64,000 nt of DNA from Nemertoderma westbladi (lineage: Eukaryota > Animalia > Xenacoelomorpha): the NCBI GenBank assembly GCA_032718475.1, contig JAUCBJ010007778.1, positions 1 through 64,000 on the forward strand. Direction: 5' to 3'. A program made the translations under genes and the position numbers. Positions 1-11,700 of the stretch are shown piece after piece. The notes under the pieces are model-generated. The model saw only the letters and a program-made list of their open reading frames with translations. It did not search any database and was not told the origin of the DNA. Position 1 is the first letter of the stretch. The number at the start of each line of letters is the position of its first letter.

Positions 1-94
1 TACTACTAGTATGTAACAGGCAGATTTTATATTTTATGTTTTATACCAGTCAGCCCAGCTGCCCAGTGCGGCTTTCAGGCTTTGACTGTTTGAA

Positions 95-305
95 GAGCCG
101 GCGGAAGATTTTTCACCCAGCGCAGCATTTTGCATTGCACAGAGCCAGCGCAGGATTTTTGCACCCGGCATGGGCGTGGGTTTGCACAGAGCCGGTGCAG
201 GATTTTTTGCACACGGCGTGGTTTTGCACAGAGCCGGCGCAGGATTTTTTGCACCCGATGTGGTTTTGCTCAGAGAAGGCGCAGGATTTTTGGCACCCGG
301 CGCCG
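95..305. repeat. ~42-bp GC-rich minisatellite (TTTGCACAGAGCCGGCGCAGGATTTTTTGCACCCGGCGTGG-like), about 4-5 copies
   Basis: CAGAG..GG.GCAGG recurs at ~140, 187, 229 and 271; the three overlapping ORFs here are just translations of the repeat. Confidence 0.8.
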
Positions 306-689
306 CGTTCGGGGCAGAAAATAAAACTTTTCAATAGAGATTACAGCATTATAACTCAAAATAATGGAATTGCCGTAGCATACCGTATGCTATGGAATTT
401 GGTCAAAATAGGTACAACATACCAATTTCGACAACTTCCCGTAGCGTAGCATACGGCAGTACGGTATGCTAGGGGAACTGTTGCTGTGTTGAGAATACGT
501 ACACATACCCGTTAAGCACAAACCCTAAATTTGGAATGTTATGGCATAGGCAGGCATGTTGAAATCAACTGTCTGACAGTCCAGAAATCAGCAATCTGAC
601 AACAGCAACCATACAGCCATAGCTGGATAGCCCATCAGCACATACCGGTAATACTGTAATACAGGCCAGTACCATTACTGCATTAATTA

Positions 690-1585
690 AACATTTATTT
701 CTATATTTACAGGGAAGCCTACTACTGTACTAAGCCTAGTTATGGCATTGTACATTATTACAAGAAGAAATAAAATGTATTAGATTATTAGATATTAGAT
801 TATAGTAAAACAATCCTAATCGTATGTTTGTCAAAAATGTTGATCAGTTGTTTAAAACAAATGTGACGTCATGAAAGGTTTCATTTAAAAAAATTATATT
901 TAAAATTGTAGGCCTAATGTATGCCAGTATGCCTACAGTATATTTCACTAGTCAGCTAGTTGAAATTTGGAATAAAACATTTCATTGCGAAATTTATCTA
1001 TCTAATAACTATTTACGTACATGTACAGTACAATGCAGCAATGCGTACACGTAGTTTTAGTAATCAGGTAGGGCCTAATGCAGTAGGCCTAACTACTAAC
1101 TACAGAACTAGCTGACTAGGCATAAGTACAGAAGTACGTAAACGGAAGTACCAAGTAACTGAGTAAGGCAACAAACTGACAAAGGTTAATATATTCATAC
1201 TGCTGTACTGTATGTTTATGTTAACCGATCACAGTCTGACAGTTCTTACCGGTAATTACTTATAATTACAAATGTGATGTTCTTAGTAGAATGATAGTTG
1301 TTGTCAGTGTTGTAATGTTCTGTTCATACGTCACACTTATTTTAAACAACTGATCAACAATTTTGACAAATATACGCTTAGGACTGTTTTACTATAATCT
1401 AATACGTTACTCAAATACTCTTACTGCAGTACTGTATCTATAATAATACAGTATTTATAATATAACAACAAACCTTACCGTAATTTTGTATTACTTCTTC
1501 TTACTGTCTTATGTAATAATGTCCAATATGGCATTACTAGGCTTAGTAGGCTTCCCTGTAAATACTGAAATATAGAAATAAATGA
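690..1585. mobile_element. Foldback/MITE-like element with long imperfect inverted arms (~690-876 and ~1322-1585)
   Basis: CGTATGTTTGTCAAAAATGTTGATCAGTTGTTTAAA (821-856) is nearly the reverse complement of TTTAAACAACTGATCAACAATTTTGACAAATATACG (1341-1376); TTTACAGGGAAGCCTAC pairs with GTAGGCTTCCCTGTAAA. Confidence 0.7.
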
Positions 1586-1596
1586 TTAATATGACT

Positions 1597-2150
1597 TGCG
1601 GCGAGGTGTCCGATAATTTGCGGCGAAATGGCATTCACAGTGAGACACCTCGCCGCAAAGACACCTCGCCGCACATTATCTGCGGCGAGGTGACCTGCCT
1701 GCCTGCGGCGAAGTGGTCAGGAACACTGGTCACAATATGTCCAATTTACAGCCAGAATGTGTCCGCGGAAAACGCTCTCAGAGTGAAATTTCTCCATAGA
1801 AAACAATGCTAAATTTCATTTGAAAACCGGCAGTGAAATTTTAACATTGGCATTCTAAAAATTATGCCATTAGAATCGCCATAAAATTCTGTATAAATCA
1901 ATTTGAGAATTAGAATCTCATCGTTGGGATAACTTCATAATATTAAAAATAAAAATATGCCCAGCTTCTGCTTTGAGTACTATTGGAGTTACAGCCAAAA
2001 TATGTCCGGAAATATAATCGCAGCCTGTGAAGGACAAATAGTGGCTGCACGGACACTTTCTGGCTGTAAATATGTGGACAATTTTTGGCTGAGCTTCAGC
2101 CAGAAAGTGACCAGTGTTCCTAACTGAAGTGGCAGTGCGGCGAGGTGACC
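1597..2150. repeat. Short element built of TGCGGCGAGGTG(A/T)CC motifs in both orientations, interrupted by an inverted-repeat-bounded insert
   Basis: GCGGCGAGGTG / CACCTCGCCGC copies at ~1598-1715, resuming at ~2136-2150. Confidence 0.55.
1719..2121. mobile_element. ~400-bp inverted-repeat-bounded MITE-like segment
   Basis: AGGAACACTGGTCAC (1719-1733) / GTGACCAGTGTTCCT (2107-2121) is a perfect 15-bp IR, with inner IR TTTACAGCCAGAA / TTCTGGCTGTAAA; no clear TSD. Confidence 0.6.
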
Positions 2151-2270
2151 AGCACCCCTACTGCCAGACTGCAGTATGCAGTACACAATACTGCTATATG
2201 CTCTGACAGTCTGAAACTTGTTCATGAATTTCTGAATTTATTAGGCCTGTTCGAAATTGCAATTGTCAAG

Positions 2271-2642
2271 ATGCAAAATTTAGTTAATTCAGTTAAAGGT
2301 ACAGCCCTGGGTGTTGCTGAATACCTGACACCTGTTCTAAAAGAATCCAAATTCAAAGAAACTGGAGTTATAACACCGGATGAATTCGTGGCTGCCGGAG
2401 ATTATTTGGTTCATCATTGTCCAACATGGCAATGGATGTCCGGTGATGAGTCAAAGATTAAGCAATATCTACCAAAAGAAAAGCAATTCCTGATGACAAA
2501 AAATGTCCCCTGTTATAAACGTTGTTGGCAAATGGAGTATATTGCGTCCGAGAAAGTAATTGAAGAAGACACAGGCGAGGGTGGTTGGGTAGATACCCAC
2601 CACTTCAATGATTCCGGTGGAATAAAGGCGATTGATGACCAG
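2271..2642 (+). CDS. ATG3: Autophagy E2-like conjugating enzyme ATG3, coding exon 1 (124 codons, phase 0)
   Basis: [55 protein letters not shown]...[11 protein letters not shown]...GGWVDTHH is the conserved ATG3 N-terminus; donor CAG|GTGAG at 2642/2643. Confidence 0.96.
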
Positions 2643-2673
2643 GTGAGCCATAGCCATATTCTAAATAAATATA

Positions 2674-2695
2674 TCTAATATATATAAATCTCGAT

Positions 2696-2727
<32 letters not shown>

Positions 2728-5700
2728 ATCAGCTATACAATCGAACCCATCTCGATGAAATCTCGCTTGCTATAGCTCGTTAGAAAGGTCTCGCTCTAAC
2801 TCGTTGCAACGTAATACTCAGAGTCGTCTGAAGTTCACCCGTCTGCCGCTAGAGGGCGATTTTCGTGATTTTCGGGCGAAATTTATCGAATTATTTCGGT
2901 TCTTCTATCGGTAATTAATTATTTAGAGGGCTAACATTTATCCCATCTGGTATAAAATTAACATGAGTAGATTCGCCGTGTCCCATTCTCACAAAGTTTT
3001 TATTTTATTCGAGTGTTTAATATAAATATGTATGATTATTTATTGATTAAAAACCAAATAGTGTATAAATATGTCATATTCGCCAAGCACGATCGAATTG
3101 GCCTATTCTTAGTGCTGTAGTGAATATAGGGAAGGATTTTTTTCTGTATCATAGCAACGTTAAGGTAATTATTGAACTCGCAGCTAGCTGGCTGGGCACA
3201 GATAAGGAGCAAGCAGGCTGGAGTGTTGATTGGGGTGGCGTGGGTTTGGGTTGTCTATTGCGAATTGCTCAGAGTAATTCTGCTTTCTCAATCAATGGCT
3301 GCATGGAAGGAGAGGTTTATAACATTTTTGTTTTACTGTTATGAATATTAAAAGTAAAATAATTATTTCTGTAGGCCTATACTTACTGTATTATTATTTT
3401 ATCTAATATTATACATCTAATCTCGATGAAATCTCGCTTACTATAGCTCGTTAGATAGGTCTCGCCCTAACTCGTTGCAACGTAATACTCAGAGCCGTCT
3501 GAAGTTCCACCGTCTGCCGCTAGAGGGCGAATTATTCGATAGTGAAAACCTGATCTTATAGGGTTGTTTTTAATGCTTTTGAGCTGAAACGTGGTAGCTA
3601 TATACTGCAGCATAGGCTGTATATTTCCGGAGTCACTGGGTTGTCTACAGTTCCCCAGTCTACCGTTAGAGGGCTAAATGTCTGAGAGTTAACATCTTCT
3701 CCAACTTTATTATTTACAATCCGTTTTGACTGAAACTTGGTAGGCATCTACTACAGCATAGGCTGAATCTTTACTGAGTCGCAGAGTCGTCTACAATTTC
3801 CCAGTCTACCGCTAGAGGGCGAAATGTCTGCAAGTTAACATCTTCTCCAACTTTGTTATTTATAATCCATTTAGACTGAACTTGGTAGGCATCTACTACA
3901 GCATAGGCTATATCTTTACTGAGTCGCGCAGAGTTGTCTACAGTACCCGCGTCTGCCGCTAGAGGGCGAAATGTATGAAAGTTAACATCTTCTCCAACTT
4001 TGTTATTTACAAACCTTTTAGACTGAAACTTGGTAGGCATCTACTATAGCATAGGCTATATCTTTGCGGAGTAGTAGAGTCGTCTACAGTTCCACAGTCA
4101 GCCGCAAGAGGGCGAATTATCTGATAGTGAAAACCTCATCCCATTTGGTTCTTTTTAATCCTTTTGAGCTGAAACTTGGCAGGTATCTACTACATCCTAG
4201 GCTCTATCTTTACGGAGTTGCAGAGTCCTATACACTTCCCCAGTCTACCGCTAGAGGGTGAAATGTCTGAAAGTTACCATCTTCTCCAACTTTGTTATTT
4301 ATAATCCATTTAGACTGAACTTGGTAGGCATCTACTACAGCATAGGCTATATCTTTACTGAGTCGCGCAGAGTTCTCTACATTACCCGCGTCTGCCGCTA
4401 GAGGGCGAAATGTATGAAAGTTAACATGTCCTCCAACTTTGTTATTTACAATCCTTTTAGACTGAAACTTGGTAGACATCTACTATAGCATAGGCTACAT
4501 CTTTGTGGAGTAGTAGAGTCGTCTACAGTTCCACAGTCAGCCGCTAGAGGGGGAATTGTCTGATAGTGAAAACCTCATCCCATTTGGTTCTTTTTAATCA
4601 TTTTGAGCTGAAACTTGGCAGGTATCTACTACATCATAGGCTGTATCTTTACGGAGTTGCAGAGTCCTATACACTTCCCCAGTCTACCGCTAGAGGGTGA
4701 AATGTCTGAAAGTTAACATCTTCTCCAACTTTGTTATTTACTAACGGTTTAGACTGAAACTTGGTAGGCATCTACTACAACATAGGCTGTACCTTTACGG
4801 ATTCGCAGAGTTGTATACAGTCCCCCCATTTGACGCTAGAGGGCGAAATATCTGATAGTGAACACCTCATCCCATTTGGTTCTTTTTAATCCTATTGAGC
4901 TGGAACTTGGCAGGAATCTACTACAGCATATTCTGTATCTTTACGGAGTCCTAGAGTCGTCTACAGTTCTTCAGTCTACCGCTAGAGGGTGAAATGTTTG
5001 AATATGAACATCTACACCAATTTTGTTATTTACAATCTGTTTAAGCTGAAACTTGAAAGGCAGGCGTTTTACTTCACCATAAACCCCATCTTTACCAAAC
5101 TGCAGCGCCGTCTGCATTTCACCAGTCCGCAGGTAGAGGGTGGATCTGAAAGTGATCATTTTCTGGAAATTTTGTTATTTACAATCTGCCTAAAGTTGAA
5201 ACTTGACAGTTATCTCTTATGGGGGTGGTGTTTTATTTAATGATGGTGTCTGTTCCGTATGCAGTTCTCAAATCTCCCACACATATTCATATATCATCTG
5301 CACGTGCACTAGAAAGCTGTGGCCCGAAGGGCCACAGGCTTTCTAGTGAATATTAAAAGTAAAATAATTATTTCTGTAGGCCTATACTTACTGTATTATT
5401 ATTTTATCTAATATTATACATCTAATCTCGATGAAATCTCGCTTACTATAGCTCGTTAGATAGGTCTCGCCCTAACTCGTTGCAACGTAATACTCAGAGC
5501 CGTCTGAAGTTCCACCGTCTGCCGCTAGAGGGCGAATTATCCGATAGTGAAAACCTGATCTTATAGGGTTGTTTTTAATGCTTTTGAGCTGAAACGTGGT
5601 AGCTATATACTGCAGCATAGGCTGTATATTTCCGGAGTCACTGGGTTGTCTACAGTTCCCCAGTCTACCGTTAGAGGGCTAAATGTCTGAGAGTTAACAT

Positions 5701-8700
5701 CTTCTCCAACTTTATTATTTACAATCCGTTTTGACTGAAACTTGGTAGGCATCTACTACAGCATAGGCTGAATCTTTACTGAGTCGCAGAGTCGTCTACA
5801 ATTTCCCAGTCTACCGCTAGAGGGCGAAATGTCTGCAAGTTAACATCTTCTCAAATTTTGTTATTTATAATCCATTTAGACTGAACTTGGGGTAGGCATC
5901 TACTACAGCATAGGCTATATCTTTACTGAGTCGCGCAGAGTTGTCTACAGTACCCGCGTCTGCCGCTAGAGGGCGAAATGTATGAAAGTTAACATCTTCT
6001 CCAACTTTGTTATTTACAAACCTTTTAGACTGAAACTTGGTAGGCATCTACTATAGCATAGGCTATATCTTTGCGGAGTAGTAGAGTCGTCTACAGTTCC
6101 ACAGTCAGCCGCAAGAGGGCGAATTGTCTGATAGTGAAAACCTCATCCCATTTGGTTCTTTTTAATCCTTTTGAGCTGAAACTTGGCAGGTATCTACTAC
6201 ATCCTAGGCTCTATCTTTACGGAGTTGCAGAGTCCTATACACTTCCCCAGTCTACCGCTAGAGGGTGAAATGTCTGAAAGTTACCATCTTCTCCAACTTT
6301 GTTATTTATAATCCATTTAGACTGAACTTGGTAGGCATCTACTACAGCATAGGCTATATCTTTACTGAGTCGCGCAGAGTTGTCTACATTACCCGCGTCT
6401 GCCGCTAGAGGGCGAAATGTATGAAAGTTAACATCTCCTCCAACTTTGTTATTTACAATCCTTTTAGACTGAAACTTGGTAGACATCTACTATAGCATAG
6501 GCTATATCTTTGTGGAGTAGTAGAGTCGTCTACAGTTCCACAGTCAGCCGCTAGAGGGGGAATTGTCTGATAGTGAAAACCTCATCCCATTTGGTTCTTT
6601 TTAATCATTTTGAGCTGAAACTTGGCAGGTATCTACTACATCATAGGCTGTATCTTTACGTAGTTGCAGAGTCCTATACACTTCCCCAGTCTACCGCTAG
6701 AGGGTGAAATGTCTGAAAGTTAACATCTTCTCCAACTTTGTTATTTACTAACGGTTTAGACTGAAACGTGGTAGGCATCTACTACAACATAGGCTGTACC
6801 TTTACGGATTCGCAGAGTTGTATACAGTCCCCCCATTTGACGCTAGAGGGCGAAATATCTGATAGTGAACACCTCATCCCATTTGGTTCTTTTTAATCCT
6901 ATTGAGCTGGAACTTGGCAGGAATCTACTACAGCATATTCTGTATCTTTACGGAGTCCTAGAGTCGTCTACAGTTCTTCAGTCTACCGCTAGAGGGTGAA
7001 ATGTTTGAATATGAACATCTACACCAATTTTGTTATTTACAATCTGTTTAAGCTGAAACTTGAAAGGCAGGCATTTTACTTCACCATAAACCCCATCTTT
7101 ACCAAACTGCAGCGCCGTCTGCATTTCACCAGTCCGCAGGTAGAGGGTGGATCTGAAAGTGATCATTTTCTGGAAATTTTGTTATTTACAATCTGCCTAA
7201 AGTTGAAACTTGACAGTTATCTCTTATGTGGGTGGTGTTTTATTTAATGATGGTGTCTGTTCCGTATGCAGTTCTCAAATCTCCCACACATATTCATATA
7301 TCATCTGCACGTGCACTAGAAAGCTGTGGCCCGAAGGGCCACAGGCTTTCTAGTCTAATATATATAAATCTCGATTGTCTGTCTGTCTGTCTGTCTGTAT
7401 GTTTGTCATCAGCTATACAATCGAACCCATCTCGATGAAATCTCGCTTGCTATAGCTCGTTAGAAAGGTCTCGCTCTAACTCGTTGCAACGTAATACTCA
7501 GAGTCGTCTGAAGTTCACCCGTCTGCCGCTAGAGGGCGATTTTCGTGATTTTCGGGCGAAATTTATCGAATTATTTCGGTTCTTCTATCGGTAATTAATT
7601 ATTTAGAGGGCTAACATTTATCCCATCTGGTATAAAATTAACATGAGTAGATTCGCCGTGTCCCATTCTCACAAAGTTTTTATTTTATTCGAGTGTTTAA
7701 TATAAATATGTATGATTATTTATTGATTAAAAACCAAATAGTGTATAAATATGTCATATTCGCCAAGCACGATCGAATTGGCCTATTGGTATTGAATAGG
7801 GAAGGATTGTTTTCTGTATCATAGCAACGTTAAGGTAATTATTGAACTCGCAGCTAGCTGGCTGGGCACAGATAAGGAGCAAGCAGGCTGGAGTGTTGAT
7901 TGGGGTGGGTTTGGGTTGTCTGTTGCGAATTGCTCAGAGTAATTCTGCTTTCTCAATCATTGGCTGCATGGAAAAGGAGAGGTTTATAACATTTTTGTTT
8001 TACTGTTATGAATATTAAAAGTAAAATAATTATTTCTGTAGGCCTATACTTACTGTATTATTATTTTATCTAATATTATACATCTAATCTCGATGAAATC
8101 TCGCTTACTATAGCTCGTTAGATAGGTCTTGCCCTAACTTGTTGCAACGTAATACTCAGAGCCGTCTGAAGTTCCACCGTCTGCCGCTAGAGGGCGAATT
8201 GTTCGATACTGAAAACCTGATCTCATTGGGTTGTTTTTAATGCGTTTGAGCTGAAACTTGGTAGCTATATACTGCAGCAGCAGCATAGGCTGTATATTTC
8301 CGGAGTCACTGAGTTGTCCACAGTTCCCCAGTCTACCGTTAGAGGGCGAAATGTCTGAAAGTTAACATCTTCTCCAACTTTGTTATTTACAATCCGTTTA
8401 GACTGAAACTTGGTAGGCATCTACTACAGCAAAGGCTGTATCTTTACTGAGTCGCAGAGTCGTCTACAATTCCCCAGTCTACCGTTAGAGGGCTAAATGT
8501 CTGAGAGATAACATCTTCTCCAACTTTGTTATTTACAATCCGTTTAGACTGAAACTTGGTAGGCATCTACTACAGCTAAGGCTGTATCTTTACTGAGTCG
8601 CAGAGTCGTCTACAATTCCCCAGTCTACCGCTAGAGGGCGAAATGTCTGAAAGTTAACATCTTCTCCAACTTTGTTATTTACAATCCGTTTAGACTGAAA

Positions 8701-11700
8701 CTTGGTAGGCATCTACTACAGCAAAGGCTGTATCTTTACTGAGTCGCAGAGTCGTCTACAATTCCCCAGTCTACCGTTAGAGGGCTAAATGTCTGAGAGT
8801 TAACATCTTCTCCAACTTTGTTATTTACAATCCGTTTAGACTGAAACTTGGTAGGCATCTACTACAGCAAAGGCTGTATCTTTACTGAGTCGCAGAGTCG
8901 TCTACAATTCCCCAGTCTACCGCTAGAGGGCGAAATGTCTGAGAGTTAACATCTTCTCCAACTTTGTTATTTACAATCCGTTTAGACTGAAACTTGGTAG
9001 GCATCTACTACAGCAAAGGCTGTATCTTTACTGAGTCACAGAGTCGTCTACAATTCCCCAGTCTACCGCTAGAGGGCTAAATGTCTGAGAGTTAACATCT
9101 TCTCCAACTTTGTTATTTACAATCCGTTTAGACTGAAACTTGGTAGGCATCTACTACAGCAAAGGCTGTATCTTTACTGAGTCGCAGAGTCGTCTACAAT
9201 TCCCCAGTCTACCGCTAGAGGGCGAAATGTCTGAAAGTTAACATCTCCTCCAACTTTGTTATTTACAATCCTTTTAGACTGAAACTTGGTAGGCATCTAC
9301 TATAGCATAGGCTATATCTTTGCGGAGTAGTAGAGTCATCTACAGTTCCACAGTCAGCCGCTAGAGGGCGAATTGTCTGATAGTGAAAACCTCATCCCAT
9401 TTGGTTCTTTTTAATCATTTTGAGCTGAAACTTGGTTGGTATCTACTACATCATAGGCTGTATCTTTACGGGGTTGCAGAATCCTATTCACTTCCCCAGT
9501 CTACCGCTAGAGGGTGAAATGTCTGAAAGTTAACATCTTCTCCAACTTTGTTATTTACTAACGGTTTAGACTGAAACTTGGTAGGCATCTACTACAGCAT
9601 AGGCTGTACCTTTACGGAGTCACAGAGTTGTATACAGTCCCCCCATCTGCCGCTAGAGGGCGACATATCTGATAGTGAACACCTCATCCCATTTGGTTCT
9701 TTTTAATCCTATTGAGCTGGAACTTGGCAGGAATCTACTACAGCATATTCTGTATCTTTACGGAGTCCCAGAGTCGTCTACAGTTCTTCAGTCTACCGCT
9801 AGAGGGTGAAATGTCTGAATGTGAACATCTACACCAATTTTGTTATTTACAATCTGTTTAAGCTGAAACTTGAAAGGCAGGCATTTTACTTCACCATAAA
9901 CCCCATCTTTACCAAATCTAATATATATAAATATCGATTGTCTGTCTGTCTGTGTGTTTGTCATCGGCTATACAATCGAACCCATCTCGATGAAATCTCG
10001 CTTGCTATAGCTCGTTAGAAAGGTCTCGCCCTAACTCGTTGCAACGTAATACTCAGAGTCGTCTGAAGTTCACCCGTCTGCCGCTAGAGGGCGATTTTCG
10101 TGATTTTCGGGCGAAATTTATCGAATTATTTCGGTTCTTCTATCGGTAATTAATAATTTAGAGGGCTAACATTTATCCCACCTGGTATAAAATTAACATG
10201 GGTAGATTCGCCGTGTCCCATTCTCACAAAGTTTTTATTTTATTCGAGTGTTTAATATAAATATGTATGATTATTTATTGATTAAAAATCAAATAGTGTA
10301 TAAATATGTCATATTCGCCAAGCACGATCGAATTGGCCTATTGGTATTGAATAGGGAAGGATTGTTTTCTGTATCATAGCAACATTAAGGTAATTATTGA
10401 AATCGCAGCTAGCTGGCTGGGCACAGATAAGGAGCAAGCAGGCTGGAGTGTTGATTGGGGTGGGTTTGGGTTGTCTGTTGCGAATTGCTCAAGAGTAATT
10501 CTGCTTTTTCAATCATTGGCTGCATGGAAGGAGAGGTTTATAACATTTTTGTTTTACTGTTATGAATATTAAAAGGAAAATAATTATTTCTGTAGGCCTA
10601 TACTTACTGTATTATTATTTTATCTAATAGTATACATCTAATCTCGATGAAATCTCGCTTACTATAGCTCGTTAGATAGGTCTCGCCCTAAGTCGTTGCA
10701 ACGTAATACTCAGAGCCGTCTGAAGTTCCCCCGTCTGCCGCTAGAGGGCGAATTGTCCGATAGTGAAAACCTGATCTTATTGGGTTGTTTTTAATGCTTT
10801 TGAGCTGAAACTTGGTAGCTATATACTGCAGCATAGGCTGTATTTTTTCCGGAGTCACTGGGTTGTCTACAGTTCCCCAGTCTACCGTTAGAGGGCTAAA
10901 TGTCTGAGAGTTAACATCTTCTCCAACTTTGTTATTTACAATCCGTTTAGACTGAAACTTGGTAGGCATCTACTACAGCATAGACTGTATCTTTACTGAG
11001 TCGCAGAGTCGTCTACAATTCCCCGGTCTACCGCTAGAGGGCGAAATGTCTGAAAGTTAACATCTTCTCCAACTTTGTTATTTATAATCCATTTAGACTG
11101 AACTTGGTAGGCATCTACTACAGCATATGCTATATCTTTACTGAGTCGCGCAGAGTTGTCTACAGTACCCGCGTCTGCCGCTAGAGGGCGAAATGTATGA
11201 AAGTTAACATCTTCTCCAACTTTGTTATTTACAATCCGTTTAGACTGAAACTTGGTAGGCATCTACTACAGCAAAGGCTGTATCTTTACTGAGTCGCAGA
11301 GTCGTCTACAATTCCCCAGTCTACCGCTAGAGGGCGAAATGTCTGAGAGTTAACATCTTCTCCAACTTTGTTATTTACAATCCGTTTAGACTGAAACTTG
11401 GTAGGCATCTACTACAGCAAAGGCTGTATCTTTACTGAGTCACAGAGTCGTCTACAATTCCCCAGTCTACCGCTAGAGGGCTAAATGTCTGAGAGTTAAC
11501 ATCTTCTCCAACTTTGTTATTTACAATCCGTTTAGACTGAAACTTGGTAGGCATCTACTACAGCAAAGGCTGTATCTTTACTGAGTCGCAGAGTCGTCTA
11601 CAATTCCCCAGTCTACCGCTAGAGGGCGAAATGTCTGAAAGTTAACATCTCCTCCAACTTTGTTATTTACAATCCTTTTAGACTGAAACTTGGTAGGCAT

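Noticed and set aside
36-449. Cys/His-rich repeat protein
   Set aside because: Product of the 42-bp minisatellite, open in several frames, with no gene context
2145-2270. N-terminal extension of ATG3 in the ORF track
   Set aside because: Starts at a GTG in repeat DNA; homology begins at MQNLVN (2271). Read-through past 2642 is intron
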